Shown piece after piece: positions 7,355 to 17,014 of a stretch of 59,957 nucleotides of DNA; position 1 is the first letter of the stretch; the number at the start of each line of letters is the position of its first letter. This DNA comes from a virus. The notes under the pieces are model-generated. The model had not been told where the DNA came from. It worked only from the letters and a program-made list of their open reading frames with translations, and made no database searches. The stretch spans positions 1 through 59,957 of IMG/VR virus record IMGVR_UViG_3300047160_003019. The stretch is one strand, 5' to 3'. The translations under genes and the position numbers were made by a program.

Positions 7355-7885
7355 ATGGATAAGACCGTAAGACCCGCGGATACTATTTATTGGGCGCGGC
7401 CCATCAACCGACCTGGTTTCATTCCTGTTGCGCGTCCGAAAGGGGCAAAGGCTGTTGGACTGAGATATGAGAGGGCTTTCGCCAAGTACCTGGCCCCAAT
7501 GGGTTGTATTCATGGGCAGTGGTTTGAGTTCGAGGATAAGTCAGGTATCAGATATTGTCAGACCGATTTGATTTACCCGATCTCTAAATGGCTGTTCGCG
7601 CTGATGGAGGTCAAGTATACGCTGGTGGACCGGGCCTACGACCAACTGCTGGACCTATACGGACCTGTGGTTGAGGCAGCCTACAATACACGAGTGGGGC
7701 TGGTAGCTGTGTTCAAGAATAGCCGAGAGGATCTCAGTAAATCGGCATACTTCCGTGATATACACTCGGCCTGCCAGTGGTCAGTGGATACGGGCGGGGT
7801 CGGGTTGTTGCGGTGGGTGGGGCAACCAATAATCCAGGCGCCAAATAAGCGCCTGGATTCGATATTGGAAGAGATCAGAAGCTGA
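7355..7885 (+). CDS. hypothetical protein with a possible PD-(D/E)XK nuclease motif (176 aa)
   Basis: CQTDLIY...ALMEVKYT gives a D...E-x-K pattern. The functional call is weak. Confidence 0.5.
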   Translation: MDKTVRPADTIYWARPINRPGFIPVARPKGAKAVGLRYERAFAKYLAPMGCIHGQWFEFEDKSGIRYCQTDLIYPISKWLFALMEVKYTLVDRAYDQLLDLYGPVVEAAYNTRVGLVAVFKNSREDLSKSAYFRDIHSACQWSVDTGGVGLLRWVGQPIIQAPNKRLDSILEEIRS

Positions 7886-8130
7886 TGGCAGGTCGCTCAT
7901 GGACACTATGGGAAGAAGATCAGGTCAGAGAGTTGGTCCGCTGTGGCAAAACAATAGCTTTCATAGCAATGCGGCTGGGTCGAAGCCGCTACGCAGTGGC
8001 ACACCGGAAGTCCGAGATGCGAGTAAAGTCCCGGCGTGGTCGCCCACCCGGTGCGTTATCGACTGGGACAAAAGACCGCCGCCGTGGAATAAGATTGGGC
8101 CAGCTTTCAAGCGAGAGGTCATCAATATAA
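7885..8130 (+). CDS. GcrA/Myb(SANT)-like HTH protein (81 aa)
   Basis: RSWTLWEEDQVRELVRCGKTIAFIAMRLGRSRYAVAHRK resembles the GcrA N-terminal domain pattern SWT..E...L...G.s..IA..LG.sRnAV. The start overlaps the upstream stop. Confidence 0.6.
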   Translation: MAGRSWTLWEEDQVRELVRCGKTIAFIAMRLGRSRYAVAHRKSEMRVKSRRGRPPGALSTGTKDRRRGIRLGQLSSERSSI

Positions 8131-8185
8131 TGAAGGGTCACAGATGACTAGACCGTGGGGCGGCTAGTTAGGGAGGGCCAAAGGC

Positions 8186-8446
8186 ATGCCTGAGATGAAG
8201 GTTATCGAGCTAACCAAGAACCGGTCTGATATTGAGAACATGCTGGGGATGCTTGATAAGCTGAAGGCTCGGGTGAATGCTGGGGAAATTGAAGCAATCT
8301 GGGTTCAGGCGTGGACCACTGAGAAGAAGCTTATCTCAGCTGAGCGCGGGAAGGTTATGGGAAGGTTGGAAAAGATTGGGATGGTTGAGTGCTTGAAATA
8401 TGATATTATCAATGCGATGGATAGTGGTGACGAAGCAGGGCTCTGA
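8186..8446 (+). CDS. hypothetical protein (86 aa)
   Basis: AGGGAGGG SD and a clean ORF. Confidence 0.7.
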   Translation: MPEMKVIELTKNRSDIENMLGMLDKLKARVNAGEIEAIWVQAWTTEKKLISAERGKVMGRLEKIGMVECLKYDIINAMDSGDEAGL

Positions 8447-8450
8447 ATGA

Positions 8451-8708
8451 ATGAGCGACCGTGAGGGAGCGAATGGAACACCCACCAGCAAACTACCTTC
8501 CCACCCAGCTGGTGCTAACGGGGGCAGAAACGGTACTGGTGTTATCGGGCGCGCACTTGCTGTGCTTGCGACGCTGCCCCCGGCTTTTTTGGCACTCTTG
8601 GTTCTCAACTTCGCCTTTATTGGGATGATGGGGTGGGTACTGGATGCGCATTCGGAACGTCGGGCGGAATTGATTGAACGGATCATAGAGAGTTGCATGA
8701 AGAAGTAG
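8451..8708 (+). CDS. small membrane protein (85 aa), the only holin-like candidate seen
   Basis: One long hydrophobic stretch, LAVLATLPPAFLALLVLNFAFIGMMGWVL. Confidence 0.6.
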   Translation: MSDREGANGTPTSKLPSHPAGANGGRNGTGVIGRALAVLATLPPAFLALLVLNFAFIGMMGWVLDAHSERRAELIERIIESCMKK

Positions 8709-8717
8709 GAGTTCATC

Positions 8718-8885
8718 ATGGCCAAAGGAATGGGTTTCAAAGCAGCAGCCAAATCGGTTGAGAAAAAAGAAGGTGTCTCAGAAGAGGCAGCAGACCGGAT
8801 CATCGCGGCTGGTGCTAGGGGTGCCAGTGCCAAGGCCAAACGAGCGAACCCAAACCTGAAAAAGGTGAAAGGGAAGGCAAAATGA
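8718..8885 (+). CDS. small basic protein (55 aa, below the ORF-track cutoff)
   Basis: TAGGAG SD, then ATG. Translates to MAKGMGFKAAAKSVEKKEGVSEEAADRIIAAGARGASAKAKRANPNLKKVKGKAK. ATGA overlap with the next gene. Confidence 0.55.
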   Translation: MAKGMGFKAAAKSVEKKEGVSEEAADRIIAAGARGASAKAKRANPNLKKVKGKAK

Positions 8886-9121
8886 AGACCACTGACAAAG
8901 GACGGTTTGGACCCTGGGAACCCATGCAGGGTGCTCGGGGGCGCGCAGAAGCCCTCCAGACCGAGAACTCGGTGGCCCCGAGTGCGGACCGTAAAAATAG
9001 GAAGTATAAGGAGGCGGTGGCGAACCCTACCAGAGTCAAGCCAGAGCAGATGAGGCGAAGCCGGAATATGGCCCGACGCGGTCTGTCAGCCGGGTCAAGC
9101 CCCAACGGTCCAGATAGGTGA
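8882..9121 (+). CDS. hypothetical basic protein (79 aa)
   Basis: ATGA coupling to the upstream ORF. Confidence 0.5.
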   Translation: MKTTDKGRFGPWEPMQGARGRAEALQTENSVAPSADRKNRKYKEAVANPTRVKPEQMRRSRNMARRGLSAGSSPNGPDR

Positions 9122-9147
9122 GTCAGGCCAACCGAAGGGAGGACTGA

Positions 9148-9645
9148 ATGGCTGCCAAGAAGACACTCTGCGTTGATTTTGATGGCGTTCTGCACTCGTA
9201 TACCAGCGGGTGGGCTGGGTTGGAAGTTATCAAGGATGCCCCGGTGTCAGGGGCGATGGAGTTCTTGTATGATGCGGTGCGTGTGTTCAATGTCTGTGTG
9301 TTTTCGTCGCGGTCAGCGACCCCACAGGGCATCAAGGCGATGCAACAGTGGCTTGATTGGCACGCATCGGAATGCAACTTTGACTACGGGAGGCCATGGT
9401 GGCTCCAAATTGAGTGGCCAATCCACAAGCCCGCGGCGTTTGTGACTATTGATGATCGGGCGATCCAATTTACGGGGAGTTGGCCAAGTATGAATGAGCT
9501 TTTTAACTTCAAGACCTGGTTCGAACAACAGAAAGCGGGTCATGAAGTTAGCGAGCAAGAACTTTTGGCCGCTATGGCTAAGCCTGGGACAATGCAAGAG
9601 GCGCTGTCTCATGCTACGGATCTGTTGAAGAAGGGAGAAGTGTGA
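9148..9645 (+). CDS. HAD-superfamily phosphatase / 5'-nucleotidase-like protein (165 aa)
   Basis: Motif I CVDFDGVLH (DxDxV) and motif IV-like TIDDRA. GAAGGGAGG SD. Confidence 0.75.
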   Translation: MAAKKTLCVDFDGVLHSYTSGWAGLEVIKDAPVSGAMEFLYDAVRVFNVCVFSSRSATPQGIKAMQQWLDWHASECNFDYGRPWWLQIEWPIHKPAAFVTIDDRAIQFTGSWPSMNELFNFKTWFEQQKAGHEVSEQELLAAMAKPGTMQEALSHATDLLKKGEV

Positions 9646-9869
9646 TGGCAGCAGGAGCAGGTGGAATGGGCGGAAGCGGAAAGATTTGGGGGCCGAAGCC
9701 TCCTATGGGTTCTCGGAACCAAGGGAGTGTACATAGTCAGGGACTCGGCGGCGCGGTAGGGCACCTGCATGAGGAGCACCCGCACCATGTGCAGGGTGAG
9801 GGGCTCCAGCACAAGTCGACGGCCAAGATCCACTACCCAATCTCGGAAGGCACCTACAAAGGAAAGTAG
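9642..9869 (+). CDS. hypothetical Gly/His-rich protein (75 aa)
   Basis: 4-nt overlap with the upstream stop, followed by a hairpin at 9863-9890. The composition is odd. Confidence 0.4.
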   Translation: MMAAGAGGMGGSGKIWGPKPPMGSRNQGSVHSQGLGGAVGHLHEEHPHHVQGEGLQHKSTAKIHYPISEGTYKGK

Positions 9870-9902
9870 GAAGCCCTGGCTTCCTACTTTCGGAGCGAAG
9901 CT

Positions 9903-10088
9903 ATGGCAGACGAACAAGAGGAGTTCGACCCGTTCTCTGTGGGCGGGTTTGCAGAGGCCGATGAGATTGCTCAGCAGGACTATCAGTTTTACATGAAAGC
10001 ACTTCGTCGGCCTCTTAGTAAGACAGAGCGACAGCGTGAACTCGTACAGCGAGCCTGGATGGTTCAGGCCGACCGAAGGGAGGACTGA
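9903..10088 (+). CDS. hypothetical acidic protein (61 aa)
   Basis: GGAG SD. The 3' end carries the initiation cassette of the next gene. Confidence 0.55.
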   Translation: MADEQEEFDPFSVGGFAEADEIAQQDYQFYMKALRRPLSKTERQRELVQRAWMVQADRRED

Positions 10089-10445
10089 ATGAAGTATGAG
10101 AATGGGACTTGGGGGCGGCCAGACCCGCCCCGACTGAACGATACGGGGGCGCTGGTGCGGAAAGGGACGTATCCGTACGCTCTCAAGACTGACACGTACT
10201 GTGGGCAGATGCCCTGCGAGACTCCAATGATCCCGGAGAATACCTTTAACAAGAAGTCGCCAAGTGTCTGTATTACCCCGCCTTACGGGGCCGGGATGGC
10301 AGTGATATCCAGGGACCGAAACGGTAATGGGGGTAGGGGCGGTTCTCCGGATCGGAATACTAGTGTTCCTGGGAATGGGAATAGCTTGGCTGGCGGGGTG
10401 ACGGAGGTTAGGCGGAGCGGGACTCCTAATAAGTGGGGCCGCTAA
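10089..10445 (+). CDS. hypothetical protein (118 aa)
   Basis: Same 27-nt initiation cassette as the gene at 9148. Confidence 0.6.
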   Translation: MKYENGTWGRPDPPRLNDTGALVRKGTYPYALKTDTYCGQMPCETPMIPENTFNKKSPSVCITPPYGAGMAVISRDRNGNGGRGGSPDRNTSVPGNGNSLAGGVTEVRRSGTPNKWGR

Positions 10446-10446
10446 T

Positions 10447-10470
10447 GGACATGACGCAAGCGTCATGTCC
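10447..10470 (+). terminator. stem-loop GGACATGACG-CAAG-CGTCATGTCC directly after the stop codon
   Basis: 10-bp perfect stem, followed by ATTATTCATT (only moderately T-rich). Confidence 0.4.
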
Positions 10471-10488
10471 ATTATTCATTCGATGAAA
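10466..10488. promoter_or_regulatory. conserved intergenic motif copy TGTCCATTATTCATTCGATGAAA
   Basis: Same layout as the copy at 36123, read on the - strand. It is followed about 10 nt later by CAGTAAATCGGAG and the start codon. Confidence 0.55.
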
Positions 10489-10516
10489 CGCAACGTTCAG
10501 TAAATCGGAGCGAAAG

Positions 10517-10732
10517 ATGGCTGAAGGCGAAATGAACCAAGACCAGATCAATGAGAAGCTGGTTGAGCTGGCGAAGGTGGCCAGTGAGATCAAGACAGCA
10601 GACACAACCTTGTCGGCGATGCTGGAGACGATCTTGAACTCACCCCTTGTTGCCCACGCGAGGGCAGCAGTAGAGGGGTCCAAAGAGGCATCAGCACCGC
10701 CACCCAAGGCGGAGACTCGCGAACGTAGGTAA
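10517..10732 (+). CDS. small coiled-coil protein (71 aa); small-terminase candidate by position only
   Basis: Immediately upstream of the large terminase. SD GGAGCGAAAG. Confidence 0.5.
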   Translation: MAEGEMNQDQINEKLVELAKVASEIKTADTTLSAMLETILNSPLVAHARAAVEGSKEASAPPPKAETRERR

Positions 10733-10739
10733 GCGAGTC

Positions 10740-12077
10740 GTGCAAGTCTCTGCGGATTTCCCCGCACCGTTCCAGATATTGTTTCAACCGCGGCGGTACA
10801 AAGTACTGTATGGAGGGCGCGGTGCGGGAAGATCATGGGCATGCGCCAGGGCTCTGCTTATTAAGGGGACCCAGGCGCCATTACGCGTGCTATGTGCTAG
10901 AGAGTTACAAAATTCGGTCGGGGACTCTGTGCATAGACTACTCGCTGACCAGATTTCTGGACTTGGGCTTGACAGCTTTTACGAAGTCCAAGCATCGAGG
11001 ATCTTGGGGCAGAACGGTACAAACTTCAGCTTTGAAGGAATAAAAAACAACATTACCAAGATCAAGAGTTATGAAGGTATCGACATCTGTTGGGTTGAGG
11101 AGGCTCACAAGGTCAGTCGCAATTCGTGGGGGATACTGATACCAACCGTACGGAAGGAGGACTCCGAAATTTGGATGACCTTCAACCCGGAATTGGAAAC
11201 TGATTATACCTACAAGAGGTTTGTGAAGGAGGCGGATGAAAGTCTTAGTTTAGTCATCAAAACCACCTGGCGAGATAATCCGTTCTTTCCAGACGTGCTG
11301 ATGAAGGAAATGGAGGCTGAAAAGGCTCGAGACTATGACTCGTATATGAACATTTGGGAAGGGTTCTGTCGACAGGTACTAGAAGGGGCAGTTTACGCCA
11401 AAGAACTGCGGAAGGCACAGGAAGAGGGGCGGATCACCAGAGTTCCATGGGGTCGCGAAGCGCCGGTCGATGTGTTCGTGGATTTGGGTCGGGCAGATGC
11501 TACCGCAATGTGGTTCGCGCAGCGGCTTACCATGCAGTATAGGTTGATTGATTTCTATAGTGCGACGGGGGAGGATATAATACACTATATCAAGTATTTA
11601 CAGAACAGGGAATATATTATTGGTAAGGTTTGGTTACCCCACGATGCGTTTGCTAAGCAGCTAGGGAGTAAACGGTCTATACAAGAGATTTTCAAGGAGT
11701 ACGGGTTCAAAATTGAGAGGGTTCCCAAGCTAAGTTTGACGGATGGGATCAATGCTGCCCGCCTAATATTCCCAAACTGCTGGTTTGATGAGGACCGGTG
11801 TGAAGAGGGTATTCAGGCCCTGCGGCATTATCGGTATCGGATCGTTGATGGACAGTACTCAAATGAACCTTTGCATGACAAGGCGTCGGACCCAGCGGAT
11901 GCGTTCCGATACCTGGCGGTTGGGTTCCGTGACCGTCAGACAGGGGTGGCCACCAAGGTTCTGGAGAAGTTGGTGGCTCTGAGTGAGCAGAGGGATCAAA
12001 GGAAGAGGGATGAGTACGATGAGTGGATGATGGGGGGCCGGGAGACTAGGGCACGGGGCACCAGCTGGATGAGATGA
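10740..12077 (+). CDS. terL: terminase large subunit (445 aa, GTG start)
   Basis: Walker A-like YGGRGAGRSW and Walker B-like DICWVEEAH. The C-terminal half carries acidic nuclease-type motifs (VDLG..DAT, HD). Size is right. Confidence 0.9.
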   Translation: MQVSADFPAPFQILFQPRRYKVLYGGRGAGRSWACARALLIKGTQAPLRVLCARELQNSVGDSVHRLLADQISGLGLDSFYEVQASRILGQNGTNFSFEGIKNNITKIKSYEGIDICWVEEAHKVSRNSWGILIPTVRKEDSEIWMTFNPELETDYTYKRFVKEADESLSLVIKTTWRDNPFFPDVLMKEMEAEKARDYDSYMNIWEGFCRQVLEGAVYAKELRKAQEEGRITRVPWGREAPVDVFVDLGRADATAMWFAQRLTMQYRLIDFYSATGEDIIHYIKYLQNREYIIGKVWLPHDAFAKQLGSKRSIQEIFKEYGFKIERVPKLSLTDGINAARLIFPNCWFDEDRCEEGIQALRHYRYRIVDGQYSNEPLHDKASDPADAFRYLAVGFRDRQTGVATKVLEKLVALSEQRDQRKRDEYDEWMMGGRETRARGTSWMR

Positions 12078-12097
12078 TATAGGGGAGAGCGAACGAA

Positions 12098-13465
12098 GTG
12101 AGCGATCTGGTACTGAACGCTGAACAGACGTTTTTAGACCAAAATGGTGACCCGTTGTCTGGTGGGCGGGTCTATTTTTATGCGGTTGATACCGATACGT
12201 TGGTACCCACCTGGAAGGACTCGCAACAGTCTGTTGCCAACACAAATCCGGTTGTGCTGGACCAAGCTGGTCGAGCGACAATCTGGGGGGTCGGGCGTTA
12301 CCGGCAAGTGGTCACGGACCAATTCGGTACGGTACAGTGGGATAAGGTTACTGAGGCCGGGGTTGACTTCTCTGATGTGGTTGGCCCGGTGAATGTGAAT
12401 GGGGCGTTCACAGTTAACGGTCTTAGTACGTTCAATGGGGATACCGTAACTAACGGAAACGCCACGGTTAATGGTAGCGAAACGGTCCAGTCATTGAGGG
12501 TGACTGCTGACGCGACCGTTGTTGGGAACTTGAGTGCGGCCAACATCAGTACCGGGACTGTGACCGCTGCTAGTGAGACTATTAACGGTCCATTGACTGT
12601 TAATGGTGATGCGACTGTTAGCGGGAACATAACGGCTGGAAGCCAGACTGTCACAGGGACGTTTGGTGTCAATAACCTGAATGTTACTAATGATCTGGGA
12701 GTCGGACATAACGTTACGATCAACAACGATCTGGGGGTGGGGGACCGAGTCACTACGAATGAGTTGAGCGTTAATGATACGGCTGGGATTGCTACTGCTA
12801 ATATCACCACTCTCAATGTTGGGTCTGGTGGGATCACCAACACCGGGCCGACTACGCTGGCAGACGCGACGGTCAATAATCTGACTGTGAACGGGAATGA
12901 GGACGTTCACGGTGCCACGCATCTGTTTGGTAATGCTCAGATTGATGGTAACCTGACCGTTACCGGTACGATTACTGGTGGGGGTGGGGGTGGGGGTGTG
13001 GCCCCGGAGTTCCCGGTCAATGTTGTTAGCCTGTTTGAGATGGTGCCAGGGACTGCTCCGTCTCCAGCACCACCGCCAGCGAGTCCAGTGTCTACGAGCG
13101 TTACGTTCCCTGGCAACGGCTATTACCTGTTTTGGGAACCGTTCGATCCAAGTATGAATGTAGGATCAGGACATTACAACTCGTTCTCGATCACATTCAA
13201 TCTGCCAGACACGCCAGCGGTAGGGTTCACTATTGAGTATCGGATTGGGAACCCAGCAGCAGCTAGCGGTACGTTTGTGTTGACAGCCTTTTTCGTTCCA
13301 GTGTCTGGGTTTGTGAACGCAAGCCCCATTTACAGGACTTCGGATACGTGGAACACTGGTGGACCGACCCCGGTGAGTAACAATGAGGCGTACGGAACCA
13401 GTGGGAAGCTGGTTCATTTGGGCGGAAACGTCTGGAGACTGATGGCACATGCACCAGCAGTCTGA
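12098..13465 (+). CDS. fibre-like protein with a beta-helical (x)VNG repeat region and a poly-Gly hinge (455 aa, GTG start)
   Basis: The N-terminus (GGRVYFYAVDTDTLVPTWKD...NPVVLDQAGRA) resembles phage fibre N-domains, from memory. Many TVNG/TVTG repeats, then GGGGGGG. Confidence 0.75.
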   Translation: MSDLVLNAEQTFLDQNGDPLSGGRVYFYAVDTDTLVPTWKDSQQSVANTNPVVLDQAGRATIWGVGRYRQVVTDQFGTVQWDKVTEAGVDFSDVVGPVNVNGAFTVNGLSTFNGDTVTNGNATVNGSETVQSLRVTADATVVGNLSAANISTGTVTAASETINGPLTVNGDATVSGNITAGSQTVTGTFGVNNLNVTNDLGVGHNVTINNDLGVGDRVTTNELSVNDTAGIATANITTLNVGSGGITNTGPTTLADATVNNLTVNGNEDVHGATHLFGNAQIDGNLTVTGTITGGGGGGGVAPEFPVNVVSLFEMVPGTAPSPAPPPASPVSTSVTFPGNGYYLFWEPFDPSMNVGSGHYNSFSITFNLPDTPAVGFTIEYRIGNPAAASGTFVLTAFFVPVSGFVNASPIYRTSDTWNTGGPTPVSNNEAYGTSGKLVHLGGNVWRLMAHAPAV

Positions 13466-13495
13466 TAGGCAAACGCGACTGAAAGGAGCGTTTGG

Positions 13496-15790
13496 ATGAG
13501 GGGGCAAGGAGCACCTGATCCAAGTGTGGCCGCTCTGAGAAGTATGGGCGAGCTGGACATAATGGAGGAGATGAGGGAGCGGTTTAAGCAGTGCTCTGAG
13601 TGGGAAGCGACGTGTCGAAAGAAGATGATGGAGGATCTGAAGTTTGCGGATGCTGACGCTTTCAATGGATACCAGTGGCCCGACAACATCAGACGTACCA
13701 GGGATCTGTCAGACAAGCCGTGCCTGACCCTCAATGTGGTCCGCCAGCACAATCTCAAGATTATCAATGATATGCGGAAGGCGAAGGAGTCATGTAAGAT
13801 ACTGGGGATGGGGAATGGAGCTACCCAGGAGTCGGCAGAGGTTATTAAGCAGATAATCCGGCATATCGAGTACAACTCGAAGGCGCAACGGAACGCCTAT
13901 ACGCCTGCGCGTGGGTATCAGGTTAAGTGCGGGATCGGGTGGTGGCGTATCATAACGGACTATGAGTCCAACGACTCGTTTGATCAAGAGATTTATATCA
14001 AATCAGTCCCTGACCCGTTCTCGGTTTATATGGACCCTGACTGCCAGGAACCTGACTGTTCGGATGGGCGGTTCGCATTCGTTTTCAGTTTCATGCCTAG
14101 GGAGCTGACGGAAGCGTTGATACCTGACTATCCGTGGCAGGTTGGTGCCCCGCGGATGCCAATCGGGATCGCACCTGGGGAGTCTTTCTTTATTGAGAAG
14201 GACCATTGGCTGGTAGCGGAGTATTTCCGGAAGGTCCCGGTCCAAGACACCCTGATAAGTTTCATCACCCCAATGGGGGAGCGACTGACTATCAGGGAAA
14301 GCCGTTTACCAGCACAGGTCGCGAGCGAGCTGAAACAGAACGAGAGGGTGATGGTTCGGAAAGTTACGGATCAGCAGGTTGAGTGGAAGCTGGTGGTTGG
14401 GGATGAGATTGTAGATGAGACTATCTGGCCGGGCAAATACATCCCACTGATCCGGTGTATTGGAGAGGAAACGGTCACGGAAGGGATATTGGACCGGAAG
14501 GGTCATACTCGGGCGTTAACAGACGCGCAACGGATGTTCAACTACAATGCGTCGGCGAGTGTTGAGTTTGGGGCGTTGCAGACCAAGACCCCTTGGCTAG
14601 CGGCGGCCAAGTCCATTGAGGGACTGGAAGGATTGTGGAATACAGCCAACACTGAGAATCATAGCGTGCTGGTTTGGAACCATGTGGATGATGACAACCC
14701 AGAAGCAGTAATCCCCCCACCGCAGCGGATTGAGCCGCCAAGCTCAAGCTCGGCGTTTGAACAGGGGATGCAAACCGCTTTCATGCAGATGATGATGACT
14801 AGCGGACAATATGCCAATCAGCAGGGGCAGATGGGGAATGAGCGGACGGGGACTGCCATTCAGGAAAGGTTACGAGAGGGTGAGAGCGCAACGTACCATT
14901 TTACCGATAACTATGAGGACGCCCTGGTATACACCTACCAACAGATCATTGATCTGATCCCCAAGGTGTATGACACGAGAAGAGTTAAGCACATATTGGC
15001 GGATGACGGGATTGAGATGGAGATTGAGCTTGATCCAACTGCTATGCAGCCGTATATGCAGCAGATGGATCGGCAGAATAACATTATCCGCCGGGTACTC
15101 AACCCGACTATGGGCACGTATGAAGTGGCAGCATCAATCGGGCCGAATGTGGAGACCAAGCGGCAGGAGGCAGTTGAAGACCTGACCCAGATATTGACCG
15201 AGGCTCCAGCACTAACGGCTATCATTGGAGACATACTGCTGCGGAATATGGACTTTGATGATGCGCAGGAAGCAGCGATGCGGCTGCGCAGGATGGTGCC
15301 GCCGCAAGCACTAGGACAAGGACCGTCACAGAACGAACAGCAGATGGCGCAACAGCTCCAGGCACTCCAGGCCAATCTGGCTAAGGCGCTTGAGCAGCAT
15401 GGGAAGGATGCGATCAAGCTGCAAGGTAAGGACCAGATGCGTGAGATTGATGTATATGAGGCGGAGACTAATAGGATTAAGGCGTTGGCCCCAATGCTGC
15501 CGATGGATCAGCCGGGACTCGAGCATCTCATTCACCAGTTAATCTCGGACTCTCTTGAAACCACTCTAATGCCCATTTTGGATGCGAATATACATGGGGT
15601 AGGCTCAGGAGCAGCTGCGGAGCAATCTGGTGGGGTGGGGGAAGGGGATGCTCCCCCTATTCCAGGGGCGCGGAAAGCACCTGACGGGGAATGGTACATT
15701 CTTGATCCGACACGTCGGACCAGGTACTTGAGGATTGGACCGCTGGCACAGGAGAGGCCACCGCCAGGATCCGGGAGTACAGGGAGCTAA
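13496..15790 (+). CDS. portal protein (764 aa)
   Basis: Size and position support the call. The N-terminal segment W..D..FADADAFNGYQWPDNIRRTRD..KPCLTLN resembles P22-gp1-type portals, from memory. Confidence 0.85.
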   Translation: MRGQGAPDPSVAALRSMGELDIMEEMRERFKQCSEWEATCRKKMMEDLKFADADAFNGYQWPDNIRRTRDLSDKPCLTLNVVRQHNLKIINDMRKAKESCKILGMGNGATQESAEVIKQIIRHIEYNSKAQRNAYTPARGYQVKCGIGWWRIITDYESNDSFDQEIYIKSVPDPFSVYMDPDCQEPDCSDGRFAFVFSFMPRELTEALIPDYPWQVGAPRMPIGIAPGESFFIEKDHWLVAEYFRKVPVQDTLISFITPMGERLTIRESRLPAQVASELKQNERVMVRKVTDQQVEWKLVVGDEIVDETIWPGKYIPLIRCIGEETVTEGILDRKGHTRALTDAQRMFNYNASASVEFGALQTKTPWLAAAKSIEGLEGLWNTANTENHSVLVWNHVDDDNPEAVIPPPQRIEPPSSSSAFEQGMQTAFMQMMMTSGQYANQQGQMGNERTGTAIQERLREGESATYHFTDNYEDALVYTYQQIIDLIPKVYDTRRVKHILADDGIEMEIELDPTAMQPYMQQMDRQNNIIRRVLNPTMGTYEVAASIGPNVETKRQEAVEDLTQILTEAPALTAIIGDILLRNMDFDDAQEAAMRLRRMVPPQALGQGPSQNEQQMAQQLQALQANLAKALEQHGKDAIKLQGKDQMREIDVYEAETNRIKALAPMLPMDQPGLEHLIHQLISDSLETTLMPILDANIHGVGSGAAAEQSGGVGEGDAPPIPGARKAPDGEWYILDPTRRTRYLRIGPLAQERPPPGSGSTGS

Positions 15791-15793
15791 GTT

Positions 15794-17014
15794 GTGGCTA
15801 ACGGCGATGACAGTGGTAATGCATTAGTACCCGGCGGGATGGGGTCTCAATTTGACCCTGCTTCTATAGCCCTGTCGATGGACCCGGTGTTGAGGAAGAT
15901 CAGTCCATTTGGTCAGCCGTATAACTCATTGAACCCGTTGGGTCTACCGACTGCGCCGTTTGGTACTGAAACTTCTGGGCCAAATGTTATGACGGTCCCC
16001 CCGCACCAGGATTTGCCACCTGGGTCTTTGCCACCAGTTAATCTGATCCCTGGGGGTGCTTTGTCACCAACACGGGCACCGCCAGTTCGCGCAGCGGCCC
16101 CGCCGAATGCGTTGGCCCCAACAGGAGCAGTTGGGGCACCAGCCCCAACTGCTGATCCGGATGCAGGGTTGGTGATGGCGGATGGGACTCCGGTGAGTGT
16201 GGCGAAGCGGTTCATCAGACAGTATGATGCTGGACCGCAAGGGTACAATGCAGCATGGGGGTACAGGTATGGGTTGCCAGCGGGGACTCCAGCCAATGAT
16301 GTTGGGTTCCCGATATTTGAGGGGAGACCGATACCAGATAGTATGTATGGGGGTAAGTACCATGGAATGGTAAGTCATGCGTTTGGGATAGGACAGTTCC
16401 AGGAAGCTACGTGGAGAAGGGCGGCGGAAGGGCTGGCAAAAGAAGGGACGGTTATCAAGGACTACAGTCCGGAAAGTCAGGAGAAAATTAAGACGTGGTT
16501 GCTGATGCATGATGGGATGAGCCACTGGATTGGTGGTGATCCTCCTTATAATGCAGCTATGAAGGCTGCGTACGATGAGTATAAACGGACAGGGAAAGAG
16601 CCTACATTTAGTGGGCCATTAGCGTACTGGGAGCCAGGATATAAGCCTGGAGCGGCCACGTTTTCGAGGCCGTCTGGGGCATCAACTAGGTTGCCATTGT
16701 CTGTGACGGCACCGGAAACCAAACCTGGAACAGAAACGGAAACAAAGCCTGAGCGAGAGTATGATAAGCCGCCGTCACCGGAAGAAATTGAAGGGACAAC
16801 GATTAGATCATTGAGGGGATTGTATCTGCTGAGTATGTTTAATCAGATGGCACAAGGGAGGAAGTTAACTCCTGTGCCAGTAGACTATGACCCTTGGAAG
16901 GTGCGGGAGGTAGCGCGCGGCGGGCAACCTTCAAATTATGGGTTGAGTGTTGGAGTGCAAGGGATTGGGACAGGGGTCGGACCGTTTACTAAGTTCGGTG
17001 TATACGGATCGTAG
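15794..17014 (+). CDS. virion-associated protein with a possible lytic-transglycosylase-like segment (406 aa, GTG start)
   Basis: The N-terminus (M)ANGDD is shared with the next two genes. HAFGIGQFQEATW weakly resembles the SLT GLMQ..T motif. Pro/Ala-rich linkers. Confidence 0.7.
   Translation: MANGDDSGNALVPGGMGSQFDPASIALSMDPVLRKISPFGQPYNSLNPLGLPTAPFGTETSGPNVMTVPPHQDLPPGSLPPVNLIPGGALSPTRAPPVRAAAPPNALAPTGAVGAPAPTADPDAGLVMADGTPVSVAKRFIRQYDAGPQGYNAAWGYRYGLPAGTPANDVGFPIFEGRPIPDSMYGGKYHGMVSHAFGIGQFQEATWRRAAEGLAKEGTVIKDYSPESQEKIKTWLLMHDGMSHWIGGDPPYNAAMKAAYDEYKRTGKEPTFSGPLAYWEPGYKPGAATFSRPSGASTRLPLSVTAPETKPGTETETKPEREYDKPPSPEEIEGTTIRSLRGLYLLSMFNQMAQGRKLTPVPVDYDPWKVREVARGGQPSNYGLSVGVQGIGTGVGPFTKFGVYGS

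Noticed and set aside
8336-8839. 167-aa - strand ORF
   Set aside because: It is antisense to three short + strand genes. The translation is Ala/Ser/Pro-rich with no initiation signal.
9609-10472. 287-aa - strand ORF
   Set aside because: It is antisense to four compact + strand genes that have SD sequences. The translation is Pro/Arg/Ser/Leu-rich and it has no SD.
12298-12922. - strand ORFs 12298-12876 (192 aa) and 12491-12922 (143 aa)
   Set aside because: They are antisense shadows of the repetitive fibre gene. Their repeat periodicity mirrors the sense-strand repeats.
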